The notes under the pieces: generated by a model | Database searches by the model: none | What the model was told of the DNA's origin: nothing | The model's input: only the letters and a program-made list of their open reading frames with translations | Shown here: positions 29,319 to 38,704 of the stretch, in pieces | Position numbering within the stretch: position 1 is the first letter of the stretch | How the letters are laid out: the number at the start of each line of letters is the position of its first letter | Origin: an uncultured cyanobacterium | GTDB lineage: Bacteria > Cyanobacteriota > Cyanobacteriia > Phormidesmidales > Phormidesmidaceae | Reading direction: 5' to 3' | Length of the DNA: 64,000 bases | Assembly: GCA_963793265.1 (NCBI GenBank) | Contig: CAWBZI010000007.1 | Coordinates: 406,652 to 470,651, forward strand | Position numbers and translations under genes: made by a program

Positions 29319-29840
29319 ATGGCAACGGCTTGGATTGCTTTAGCCCGATTGCAAATGACTTTTCCCGGTTCGCCTCCGGCCTGCTGCAAAAACTCTGCAT
29401 GGACGCCTGCTACTTTTGGCATTCAAGATGTTCCCTTTGTGGGTGGCAAGAATGCTTCGCTTGGGGAAATGATCCAGCAGCTCTCTCCACAGGGCGTTCG
29501 CGTCCCTACCGGATTTGCGACTACGGCTAATGCCTATGCCTACTTCATTCGAGCAGGTGGGCTAGAAGAAAAAATGCGATCGCATCTAGATTCGCTAGAT
29601 ACAGAGGACATTGAAGCCCTAAGAAAGAGCGGTCAGTCCGTGAGAGATCTTATTCTAGAAACGCCTTTTCCGCCGGAATTAGAGAGGGCTATTGAAAGCG
29701 CCTACCTGGACTTGTGCGATCGCAACAATCCAAATCTAGATGTCGCTGTGCGCTCTAGCGCCACCGCCGAAGACCTCTTTCTGAACTGGCATCGGCAAAC
29801 CGTTAAGCAAGGTGACAACCGTAGAGTTGCAACAGCGTAA
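29319..29840 (+). pseudogene. ppsA: PEP synthase N-terminal fragment
   Basis: VGGKNASLGEM, VPTGFATTA, VAVRSSATAEDL, then abrupt loss of similarity; full enzyme is several times longer. Confidence 0.85.
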
Positions 29841-29864
29841 AGATTCACGGCAAGGAAAAATATT

Positions 29865-30011
29865 ATGTTTAATACAATTCTAGTGGCCTTAGATACCGAG
29901 GAAGACTGCACCTCTGTTTTTGAACAGGTAATGGATATAGCCAAGCAGATGGGTGCAGGGCTGGAGGTAATGGGCGTACCGCTTTTTACTTCAACTCATC
30001 GGAGAAAGTAG
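29865..30011 (+). pseudogene. Usp N-terminal fragment (48 aa)
   Basis: MFNTILVALDTEEDCTSVFEQVMDIAKQMGAGL resembles the start of the Usp at 14180; ends in a hairpin at 30001-30044. Confidence 0.65.
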
Positions 30012-30101
30012 TCGCCCACCTGTTTTTCGGCGACCACTTTCTCCAATGCAATGAGCCACAGATCGAAGACGCTAGAGCGCGAAATAAGAGGGACATAAGA
30101 A

Positions 30102-30725
30102 ATGAAAGTAGCCGATATTATGACGACTAAAGTAGTGGCCATTCGCGGCTCGTCTACAGTCGCACAAGCTGCAGCCTTAATGAAGCAAGAAGGCGTTCAC
30201 GCGCTGGTTGTAAAGCGCATAGATGATTCGGACGCTTATGGCATCGTTTCGGTGAGCGATATTGTTGGCCAGGTGATTGCGTTTGGCCGCAACCCAAAGC
30301 AAATTCGGGTATACGAAATTATGTCTAAGCCCTGCCTTGTGCTCAATCCCAATCTCGGGGTTGAGTATGCGGCGCGTCTGCTAACTCAGTTCAATCTGCA
30401 CAGCGCTCCTGTTATCCAGTCCGAGCTGATAGGAATTCTATCTGTCTCCGACATTTTGGATCGTAGCAGCGCTATAGAGGAACCGCGCGAGCTAGCGCTA
30501 GCCGATGAGATTGAAGCTCTTTCTGAGGCTGCGCAGGCTATCTGTGAGGACAACGGGCCAAACTCGACCGCCTGCGCGGAGGCTTGGGCTAGAGTTGATG
30601 TTCTACAGGCAGAGCTAGCTCATCAACAGACTAAAACGCTCGACCAATTCGCCTCGGAGCAGTTTTATGAGGAGTATCCAGAAGCTTTCAAAAATAGAGA
30701 ATACGATGCTTGGTGTAGTGGATAA
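30102..30725 (+). CDS. CBS-CP12 fusion protein
   Basis: CBS pair (VADIMT, YGIVS.SDI, YEIMSKP) followed by CP12-like AICEDNGPNSTACAEAWARVDVLQAE. Confidence 0.85.
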   Translation: MKVADIMTTKVVAIRGSSTVAQAAALMKQEGVHALVVKRIDDSDAYGIVSVSDIVGQVIAFGRNPKQIRVYEIMSKPCLVLNPNLGVEYAARLLTQFNLHSAPVIQSELIGILSVSDILDRSSAIEEPRELALADEIEALSEAAQAICEDNGPNSTACAEAWARVDVLQAELAHQQTKTLDQFASEQFYEEYPEAFKNREYDAWCSG

Positions 30726-30729
30726 ATAC

Positions 30730-30762
30730 CTTCATAAGACCCTCAACATTCTTGGCTAGTTT
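30730..30762 (+). promoter_or_regulatory. Direct-repeat promoter motif A with no convincing downstream gene
   Basis: CTTCA-N6-CCTCA-N11-TAGTTT. Confidence 0.55.
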
Positions 30763-30996
30763 GACTGTATGAGATCTTTGGCGAAAGCGCTTACGCGCCC
30801 TGCAATGGTAGTTTTGAAATCGGTTTTGGTTGATTCCAGACTCGCGCTTCTTTCCTACTTTGTAAATGGTGCCTATTTGCCGACCTGATCGGCTCGTAGC
30901 GATTCACAATACTTTTTTGTCAGTCAGCTAGCGCGATCGCTCAGCGCATCGTCAAAATAGAGCTGCGTTTCTTCTAAAGTAAGGCATTGCAAAATC

Positions 30997-31037
30997 AAAA
31001 GAGAGGCATGCGACAAGGTGACAAACGCCTCTCTTTT
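30997..31037. terminator. Bidirectional intrinsic terminator
   Basis: aaaagagaggc...gcctctctttt. Confidence 0.7.
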
Positions 31038-31047
31038 AATTTAGATG

Positions 31048-31749
31048 TTACGAGTCAGTTTGGCCATTGCGATTGCCTCGTTGCCCTCTTTCTGGCAACT
31101 GCTGGCGCTGTTCTTCGGTGAGTACGGCGTTAATTTGCTCGTGGGTATCCTCGTGAATGGCTCTGAACTGCTGGCGCTGTTCGTCTGTCAAGTCGAGCGA
31201 TCGCCATGCCCGTCGTCCCATTTCACCATCGCCTAATTCCGTGCGCTGCTCGGCGGTCAGCAGGGCTGACATTTGGGTGCGTTCGTCATTGCGAATGGCT
31301 TCGATTTGAGCAGACTGTGCCTCTGTCAGGTCGAGACTTTCCAGATACCCGCCTCTGCCACCACGACGACCGCGTGATTCTGCTAGCTGCTGGCGCTGTT
31401 CTTCTGTGAGCACAGCCTCAATCTGCTCGCGTTTGCCGTCTTTAATCGCTCTAATTTGGCTGCGCTGGTCATCGCTTAAGTTGAGCGATCGCAATCCTCT
31501 TTTCAAAGACTCGTCGTCTCCTAACGCTGCCTGCTGTTCGGGGGTCAGCACGGCCTCAATTTGACTGCGGGTTTCAGTACGAATCGTTTCGATTTGGCTA
31601 GATTGCGTTTCTGTCAGGTTTAGCTGCTCGAAGCGCTCGCCCCGACTGCCATCATCGGCGTTGGCAGTGTGAATCCAGGCAAACGGCGTGGCGACTAGGG
31701 CAATTGCGGCCAAGCTACCCAAAGCAACAGTCTTAACATTGAAATTCAT
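31048..31749 (-). CDS. Spy/CpxP-family (LTxxQ) periplasmic protein
   Basis: Signal peptide; repeated L.LT.EQ / VLT.EQ motifs. Confidence 0.85.
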   Translation of the reverse strand: MNFNVKTVALGSLAAIALVATPFAWIHTANADDGSRGERFEQLNLTETQSSQIETIRTETRSQIEAVLTPEQQAALGDDESLKRGLRSLNLSDDQRSQIRAIKDGKREQIEAVLTEEQRQQLAESRGRRGGRGGYLESLDLTEAQSAQIEAIRNDERTQMSALLTAEQRTELGDGEMGRRAWRSLDLTDEQRQQFRAIHEDTHEQINAVLTEEQRQQLPERGQRGNRNGQTDS

Positions 31750-31895
31750 AAGCTATACGATTTGATAGTTGCCGCGAAGCGCTCTAGTCAGCTTGGAAGG
31801 CTGAACATTGGCTCCGCGGGTTGACTGTTTAAGCTTAGGCAAACCAACCTCTATTCGGGAGGTAGAAAAGGTCACTATCTTACCCATGCTTACCC

Positions 31896-31909
31896 ATGAC
31901 TTTCGTCAT
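31896..31909. promoter_or_regulatory. Palindromic motif B
   Basis: ATGAC-TTTC-GTCAT between divergent Spy and kinase genes. Confidence 0.6.
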
Positions 31910-32001
31910 AACTTATGAGCGATCGCTTTTCATCGCATCGTATTTGCCCGATAGTTGAATGCAGCGGCTTTCTTTATTCTCTACTTCTCCACTCCCTACT
32001 T

Positions 32002-33357
32002 ATGGCTAATGCCATTCAGCCTAAAACCCACCCCTTCCGCTTCTTACTTTACCTGGAGTGGGGTTTACTTGCGGTTGCTTCGATAGGCGTACTCGATGGC
32101 CCTTCCCCACCTCATAGAGGCCCCCGCCACGGCCCGCCACCTGGCTGGGAACACAGCCCGTTTACGGCAATAGGGCTACTGCTGCTGTTTGGATTGATGG
32201 GCCTTTATCTACCTGCTGGCAAGCTGTCGCGAGTCGGTCATACGCTCGGACAGATCTTGCTGATTCTACTCATGTCGGTCACCATTGACGAGGGTGGCCG
32301 ACTAATCCCTGTGGTTTATCTAGTGCTGGTCATTCGCGGCTGTTTGATGTTTGGCCTCGCCGGTCGCCTCGCGCTGACGGGCCTATCTTTTGTTTTATTT
32401 CTAGTCGGCCTACAGTTCAGACTTCAGTCGCTAGCGGGCGCAGGGCGACGCTTACCCCCACCGGCCAAGCGCCGTTTGGAAGGGCTGATTATGGGCTTCC
32501 AGCTTGATTTTATTGTGCTATTTGGACTGGCCCTGCTGCTGGTTGTGCTGCTGGTCAATGCACTACTTACAGAGCGTAAGAGTCAGCGACGGTTGCAAAG
32601 GGCGAATCAGGCGCTTCAGCAGTCGGCCCAAGAAATCGAAAAGCTAGCAATGGATCAAGAACGTAGCCGGATTGCAAGAGATATTCATGATGCGCTGGGC
32701 CATCTACTGAGCGCCTTGAACATTCAGCTTGAAAGCGCGTTAAAGCTGTGGTCAGCCGAACCCGTTAGAGCACGCCAGTTCTTAGCGCAGGCGAAGCAGT
32801 TAGGCACACAATCTTTGCGAGAAGTTAGAAATTCGGTCGCAGCCGTAAGACAAGATCCACTAGATGGAAAAACGCTTGAGGGGGCGATCGCCCAGCTCCT
32901 TCAAGACATTCAAAACAGTCTAGATGCGCAATCGTCGCCCTTAGCGCCTGAAGTCACCTCAGACGTTCATCTCAACAAACCTCTGCCAGCTAATTTCCGA
33001 GCCATCCTCTACCGCATCGCTCAAGCCGGACTCACCAACAGCGTTAGACATGCCAATGCTACGCTAATTCACTTGCGCTTGATAAACTCAGGCCAAAACG
33101 TCATGCTCGCTATAGAAGACAATGGCGTTGGGTTCGAGCAGGCGCAGGCACGAACTGGATTTGGCTTACAGAGTATGCGCGAACGCGCTGAGGCAGTCGG
33201 CGGAACGTTCAACATCTCTAGTCATACAGCTAGCCATACAGAGACTAGCGATCATCAAAACCAGCAGATCGATCTAAAAACGGGCACCCGAATTGAAGTT
33301 GTTTTGCCGCTTCAGCATGATGGTAGCCCCCTTCTTGAGGAAGATTCTCATGCTTAA
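32002..33357 (+). CDS. Membrane sensor kinase, HisKA_3 (NarX/LiaS-like)
   Basis: TM region, ERSRIARDIHDALGH, DNGVGF, GFGLQSMRER; start at MANAIQ chosen. Confidence 0.9.
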   Translation: MANAIQPKTHPFRFLLYLEWGLLAVASIGVLDGPSPPHRGPRHGPPPGWEHSPFTAIGLLLLFGLMGLYLPAGKLSRVGHTLGQILLILLMSVTIDEGGRLIPVVYLVLVIRGCLMFGLAGRLALTGLSFVLFLVGLQFRLQSLAGAGRRLPPPAKRRLEGLIMGFQLDFIVLFGLALLLVVLLVNALLTERKSQRRLQRANQALQQSAQEIEKLAMDQERSRIARDIHDALGHLLSALNIQLESALKLWSAEPVRARQFLAQAKQLGTQSLREVRNSVAAVRQDPLDGKTLEGAIAQLLQDIQNSLDAQSSPLAPEVTSDVHLNKPLPANFRAILYRIAQAGLTNSVRHANATLIHLRLINSGQNVMLAIEDNGVGFEQAQARTGFGLQSMRERAEAVGGTFNISSHTASHTETSDHQNQQIDLKTGTRIEVVLPLQHDGSPLLEEDSHA

Positions 33358-34030
33358 GCTTTTAATTGTTGAAGACCAGCGGCTTATTCGCGAGGGATTG
33401 GTCGCCCTGCTCACGTTAGAAGGGGATTTAACCGTTGTTGGAGAAGCTGAAAATGGTCGAGTGGCTTTGGCACTGTTGGCAAAACTATCCGATAACGAGC
33501 TGCCAGATGTTGCCTTGTTAGATATGAGAATGCCAGTGATGGATGGTGTCGCGACTGCCGCTGCGATCAGCGATCGCTATCCCAGCATCAAGATACTGGT
33601 GCTTACCACCTTTGACGATGACGAACTGATTGCCCAGGCAATAGCCAGTGGTGCTAAAGGCTACCTGCTCAAAGACACGCCCTCGGAAGAGCTAGCAATG
33701 GCGGTGCGCTCAGTTGCCAAAGGCTATAGTCACTTTGGGCCAGGGATTGTCGATAAGATGATTGGCGCTTTGCCGCCAATTCGTAGAACAACGGCGGCTG
33801 ACGCTCATGTAAATGAGGTGATGATAGCTGACATAAACGCGCTGACGCCAAGAGAGCAGGAAGTATTAGCCTGTATGGGACAAGGTGCGAACAACAAAGA
33901 GATTGCTCAGCAGCTCCACTTGTCAGAAGGCACAGTCAAAAACTATGTGACAAGCGTATTGAGCCGGTTAGGTTTACGCGATCGCACCCAAGCGGCGCTG
34001 CTCGCGCAAAAAGTCGGTGTTCCAGAGTGA
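33350..34030 (+). CDS. NarL/LuxR-family response regulator
   Basis: LLDMRMP, LTTFDD, GYLLKD, LTPRE...NKEIA..L.LSEGTVKNYV. Confidence 0.92.
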   Translation: MLKLLIVEDQRLIREGLVALLTLEGDLTVVGEAENGRVALALLAKLSDNELPDVALLDMRMPVMDGVATAAAISDRYPSIKILVLTTFDDDELIAQAIASGAKGYLLKDTPSEELAMAVRSVAKGYSHFGPGIVDKMIGALPPIRRTTAADAHVNEVMIADINALTPREQEVLACMGQGANNKEIAQQLHLSEGTVKNYVTSVLSRLGLRDRTQAALLAQKVGVPE

Positions 34031-34050
34031 GTGCTCTCTTAGCAGATCAA

Positions 34051-35589
34051 CTATTCCTCTGCCGTACCCAATAAGAGTCTCGACAGCGTTTCTTTTGTTC
34101 CTAGCGCATAGAGCTGTTGAAGATGATGGGTGACGGCGGCTACTAATGCTGGAGACTTAGACAAAGCGCCAAAGATTGTTTCGATGTTGAGCAACAGCGT
34201 TGGATCGTTTTTTCCAGCTAACGCCTTTTCCGTTAGTAGCTGTGCCATCGGATCGTCAATCGGCAGCGGCTTGTTCTGTTCGTCTTGACCGTTGAGGTAG
34301 CGAAACCAGAGTGCGATCGCAAAGCTCAAATAGGTAATCGACCCGCCTTCTGCCAACTCATCTCTCAAGCTACCAAGAATAAACTTCGGAATTTTATCTG
34401 AGCCGTTCAGGCACAGCCTCGATAGCTGATCGCGCACTTTCGGGTTAGAAAACCGTTCAATCAACGTTTGCTTATACTCGTCTAGCTGAATACCGGGTAG
34501 AGGTAGCAGCGTCGGTGACACTTCATCCATTAGCCGTTCAATAACCTGACGAATCAGTGCGTTATCCATAGCTTCGGAGCTATAGGTGTAGCCGAGTAGC
34601 GACCCTGCGTACCCAAGCAGCGAGTGGCTAGCGTTTAGCAAGCGAAGCTTCATCATCTCGTAAGGATGAACATCATCAGTCATTTGAACGCCAACAGACT
34701 CCCAGTCCGGTCGTCCCGCGCAAAAGCGATCTTCTACGACCCACTGACAAAACGGCTCCGCCACAACAGGCCAAGCATCATCAATTGAGAATTTATCGGC
34801 CACCATTTGCAGATCAGCGGGTGTGGTTGCAGGCGTAATGCGATCGACCATGCTATTTGGAAAAGCAGCATTCGCGGCAATCCATTCGCCCAGCGCCGGG
34901 TTTTGCAGCTTGGCAAAAGCGATCAGCATTTTGCCAACGAGATTACCGTTGCCCTGAATGTTGTCGCAAGAGAGCGTGGTGAAGGGAGGCTGTCCGTTTT
35001 GTCGTCTTTTGTTTAGGGCCGCCGCAAGATAGCCGTAGATACCCACTGGCTGCTCTGGATGCTGCAAATCATGTTGAATGGTGGGATTGTCAACGTCTAG
35101 CTCACCGCTGCCTTCAATCACATAGTAGCCACCTTCTGTAATTGTTAGCGTCACAATGCGGCACTGGGGACTTGCCATGGTGTCGATGACGGTTTGCGCC
35201 GCTTCAGGCGCGAACAGATAGTCGGTGATCGAGCCGATAATGCGAGCGCTATCTTGGTCGGCATCGCGCTCTACTAGCGTATATAGGCAGTCTTGCGATC
35301 GCAAAGCATCACGCATCTTAGCATCGTACTTCAGCAGGCCAACGCCGCAGATTCCCCAGTCGCTACCCGGATGTTGTTCTAAATAGTTGTCTATATAAAG
35401 CGCTTGGTGGGCGCGATGAAAGCCGCCCACGCCAATGTGGACAATGCCGTTAGTCACCGCTTTGCGGTCGTAGCGAGGAATGCGAACCGTTTCAGGATAC
35501 TGTGACAGGGAAGCTTCGCTAAGCTTTTTAGGAGAGATCGTTGTTGATCTTTTTGGCTGCGGTTGTTTGGATAGGGCGGGGCTGCGCAT
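34051..35589 (-). CDS. Mannitol dehydrogenase family (mannitol 2-dehydrogenase-like)
   Basis: IVHIGVGGFHRAHQ, TITEGGY, SCDN, SMVDRITP, KLRLLNASH. Confidence 0.9.
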   Translation of the reverse strand: MRSPALSKQPQPKRSTTISPKKLSEASLSQYPETVRIPRYDRKAVTNGIVHIGVGGFHRAHQALYIDNYLEQHPGSDWGICGVGLLKYDAKMRDALRSQDCLYTLVERDADQDSARIIGSITDYLFAPEAAQTVIDTMASPQCRIVTLTITEGGYYVIEGSGELDVDNPTIQHDLQHPEQPVGIYGYLAAALNKRRQNGQPPFTTLSCDNIQGNGNLVGKMLIAFAKLQNPALGEWIAANAAFPNSMVDRITPATTPADLQMVADKFSIDDAWPVVAEPFCQWVVEDRFCAGRPDWESVGVQMTDDVHPYEMMKLRLLNASHSLLGYAGSLLGYTYSSEAMDNALIRQVIERLMDEVSPTLLPLPGIQLDEYKQTLIERFSNPKVRDQLSRLCLNGSDKIPKFILGSLRDELAEGGSITYLSFAIALWFRYLNGQDEQNKPLPIDDPMAQLLTEKALAGKNDPTLLLNIETIFGALSKSPALVAAVTHHLQQLYALGTKETLSRLLLGTAEE

Positions 35590-36757
35590 GAGGGTTCTCC
35601 GAGGTATTGAGAGCTGAGGAACTGCGATCTGAGGTATTAGGAAGGGTTCTATCCACTAGCAGGCGATTCTGCTGAGCTTTGGGAATCGCCATGCCGTCGG
35701 CGTCGAAAAGGTGGCACAGGTTACCGTCAATGTAGAGCGGAACGCGATCGCGCACAGCAACGGGTCTATCGCCTTCTGTTTGCACAATTAGCGTATCGCC
35801 GCCCGCTACTTTGACGTAGCAATAGGTTTCTCCGCCCAGCCGCTCTACCACCAGCACCTCACCCATCAAGGTAGGATTCTCAGCGTTGATTTGTATATGC
35901 TCGGGGCGAATGCCGACTGTGGCGCGATCGCCTACCATCAGCTTTTTAGGCTGCACCGGAATCGTCACCGTTTGGTCGCCCGGTAGCCGTAGCGTCGTGC
36001 CAGAATCCTGCACGCTCGTGGTCATCGTCGGCAAGAAGTTCATATTGGGCGAACCGATGAACCCGGCTACAAACTGATTATTGGGGTGGTGATATAGCTC
36101 TAACGGAGAGCCTATCTGTTCTATTTGGCCATCTCTTAGCACAACAATCTTGCTTGCTAGCGTCATCGCCTCTACCTGATCGTGCGTTACGTAGATCATG
36201 GTGGACTCTAAACTGTTGTGAAGGCTTGCTAGCTCCAAACGCATCTGTCCGCGCAGGGCCGCATCTAAGTTCGATAGCGGCTCGTCGAATAAGAACACTT
36301 TAGGATTGCGAACCAGCGCCCTGCCAATGGCAACTCGCTGCCTTTGTCCGCCCGAGAGCGCTCCAGGTTTACGATTTAGCAGCGGCTCTAGCTGTAGAAC
36401 TCGGCCCACTTCCTTAGCTCTTTCATATCGTTTTGCTTTGGGTACGCCCGCTAGTCGCAGGCTAAAGGCCATGTTTTCAGCGACGGTCATGTGTGGATAC
36501 AGCGCGTAAGTTTGAAAGACCATTGCCAGACCTCGCTGGTCGGGCGGGACTTCGTTCATTCGCTGTCCATCAATTAGCAGTTCGCCGGAGGTAATCTCTT
36601 CTAGTCCGGCAATCATCCGCAAAAGCGTTGATTTGCCGCAGCCGGAAGGGCCAACAAAGACAACAAACTCGCGGTCTTCAATGTCAAGATCGACACCTTT
36701 AATCACCTCGGCATCGGTGTAGGTTTTACGAATGTTTCTAAGCGTTACGGTAGACAT
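35528..36757 (-). CDS. smoK: Sugar/polyol ABC transporter ATP-binding subunit
   Basis: GPSGCGKST, LSGGQRQR, DEPLSNLD, TOBE-like tail. Confidence 0.9.
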   Translation of the reverse strand: MSTVTLRNIRKTYTDAEVIKGVDLDIEDREFVVFVGPSGCGKSTLLRMIAGLEEITSGELLIDGQRMNEVPPDQRGLAMVFQTYALYPHMTVAENMAFSLRLAGVPKAKRYERAKEVGRVLQLEPLLNRKPGALSGGQRQRVAIGRALVRNPKVFLFDEPLSNLDAALRGQMRLELASLHNSLESTMIYVTHDQVEAMTLASKIVVLRDGQIEQIGSPLELYHHPNNQFVAGFIGSPNMNFLPTMTTSVQDSGTTLRLPGDQTVTIPVQPKKLMVGDRATVGIRPEHIQINAENPTLMGEVLVVERLGGETYCYVKVAGGDTLIVQTEGDRPVAVRDRVPLYIDGNLCHLFDADGMAIPKAQQNRLLVDRTLPNTSDRSSSALNTSENPHAQPRPIQTTAAKKINNDLS

Positions 36758-36808
36758 AAGACAGCTCGGGGTAGGTGAGTATTAAAGGACGAGTGGATGT
36801 TAGAGAGA

Positions 36809-37633
36809 CTATTTGACAGCGCCGAAGGTAAGCCCTCGCACGAGCTGCTTTTGACTGAACCAGCCGAAGAGAAGGATAGGGGCGATCGCCATCGTAGAAG
36901 CCGCCGACAGCTTGGCCCAAAACAGTCCTTGTGGGCTGGAGAAAGAGGCTATAAAGGCCGTTAGAGGTGCCGCATCAAACGTGGTCAAGTTCAGGCTCCA
37001 AAACGCCTCATTCCAAGACAAAATAACCGAGAGCAGCGCGGTAGAGGCGATTCCTGGTAGCGCTAAAGGCAACAATACGTAGGCAACTTCTTGATAGGTC
37101 GAAGCCCCGTCCATTCTGTCGGCTTCGAGGATCTCTTTGGGCACCTCTTTGAAAAAACTGTAGATCATCCAAACTACAATTGGCAAATTAATTAGGGTGT
37201 AGATGATAATTAGACCGATGCGCGTATCCAACAGACCGCTTTCACGGCCCAGAATATAAATGGGTACGAGCACGCCTACAGGTGGCAGCATCTTAGTCGA
37301 AAGCATCCACAACAATGTGCTTTTTGTACGCTTTGTCGGGAAAAAAGACATGGCGTAGGCCGCAGGCACCGCTAGCAGTAGTGCCAGGATCGTTGCACCC
37401 ACAGAAACGATGACGCTGTTCCAGGCATAGTTAAAGTAAGCCGCCCTCTCCTGCACGGCAATATAGTTCTCAAGGGTGGGCGTAAAGAAAAGCTGAGGTG
37501 GGGTTGAGACAGCCGCAACTTCTGTCTTAAAGCTGGTGATAAACATCCAGAATATCGGAAAGAACAGAATGCAGGCAACTAGCCATGCTAGGAGGCCCAC
37601 CAACCATTGGTTAGACTTGTTTTGAGTTGTCAT
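36809..37633 (-). CDS. smoG: Polyol ABC transporter permease
   Basis: LLWMLSTKMLPPVG, EA..MDGA, SSPQGLFWAKLSAAS. Confidence 0.88.
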   Translation of the reverse strand: MTTQNKSNQWLVGLLAWLVACILFFPIFWMFITSFKTEVAAVSTPPQLFFTPTLENYIAVQERAAYFNYAWNSVIVSVGATILALLLAVPAAYAMSFFPTKRTKSTLLWMLSTKMLPPVGVLVPIYILGRESGLLDTRIGLIIIYTLINLPIVVWMIYSFFKEVPKEILEADRMDGASTYQEVAYVLLPLALPGIASTALLSVILSWNEAFWSLNLTTFDAAPLTAFIASFSSPQGLFWAKLSAASTMAIAPILLFGWFSQKQLVRGLTFGAVK

Positions 37634-37676
37634 GGTAGGTACCGGGAGCTAAGTATTAGGCGTTAAGTGTCAAAGA

Positions 37677-38594
37677 TCAGGTATCTAAATTACGAGCGAC
37701 ACTGCGAACTAAGAAGATGGCGACAATGTTGGCAAGAACAACGGCGATAAGGCCACCAGCAGAAGCGCCGCCAACGTCAAACTCTAGCAATGCTTTGAGG
37801 TAGATGTAGTAGGCCAAGTTAGTGGTCGCCAGTCCTGGGCCGCCGCCTGTGGTGACGAATATTTCTGCAAAGATAGTGAGAAAGAAGATGGTTTCAATCA
37901 TGGCGACAACTGCGATCGCCCGACTCAGGTGCGGCAGCACCACAAACCGAAACAAAGAAAGCGATTTAGCCCCATCCATCCGCGCCGCCTCTATTTGATC
38001 GGTATCTAAAGACTGAATCGCTGTGAGCAAAATCAGCAGTGCAAACGGCAACCACTCCCAAGACACGATGATAATAATCGATATCAAAGGAAAGTCAGTA
38101 AACCAGTCAATCGCACCTAGCCCTAGCCCGCGAGTGATTTGAGCAAACAGCCCGTTCACTGGATGCATGAGCATATTCTTCCAAATCAGCGCGCTCACCG
38201 TGGGCATCACGAAAAAGGGAGAAATCGCAAGCACTCTAGCAACGCCCTGGCCTGGAAAGTCTTGATTGAACAAAACCGCCAGCAGCGTGCCTAGCCCAAT
38301 TGTGATAGCCAGCACAGAGGCTACTAGCACCAGCGTAATGCCAATAGAACTCCACAGCGCCGGGTCGCTCAGAATATACGTAAAGTTCTCTATGCCGACG
38401 AAGGCTTGATTGTCTGGAACCAGCAAATTGTATCGCTGGAAGGCGAACCAGATAGCCATGGCTAGCGGAACAATCATCCACAGCAATAGAACGATGACTG
38501 AAGGTGCAACCAATGCCAAGGCAGGCACGGTTCGATTGGGTCTTACCCGATCGGCGGGCGGCTGTATTCGCGGATCTCTTACGACAGAAGTCAT
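37677..38594 (-). CDS. smoF: Polyol ABC transporter permease
   Basis: PFFVMPTVSALIWKN, EAARMDGA, FAEIFVTTGGGPG. Confidence 0.88.
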   Translation of the reverse strand: MTSVVRDPRIQPPADRVRPNRTVPALALVAPSVIVLLLWMIVPLAMAIWFAFQRYNLLVPDNQAFVGIENFTYILSDPALWSSIGITLVLVASVLAITIGLGTLLAVLFNQDFPGQGVARVLAISPFFVMPTVSALIWKNMLMHPVNGLFAQITRGLGLGAIDWFTDFPLISIIIIVSWEWLPFALLILLTAIQSLDTDQIEAARMDGAKSLSLFRFVVLPHLSRAIAVVAMIETIFFLTIFAEIFVTTGGGPGLATTNLAYYIYLKALLEFDVGGASAGGLIAVVLANIVAIFLVRSVARNLDT

Positions 38595-38704
38595 GGCTTA
38601 TCTCTCTTTGTTAACTTCGCTAGCACTTTCTCTTAGCAGCTATTTTTGACAGTTCTTCAACGACAGCTCTTCAACACGCTTTCGACAACGCCTCAGCCGC
38701 CCAA

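Noticed and set aside
35528..35589. 62-bp overlap of the ABC ATPase and mannitol dehydrogenase as a programmed recoding site
   Set aside because: Both overlapping segments are low-complexity termini; start-site uncertainty explains it
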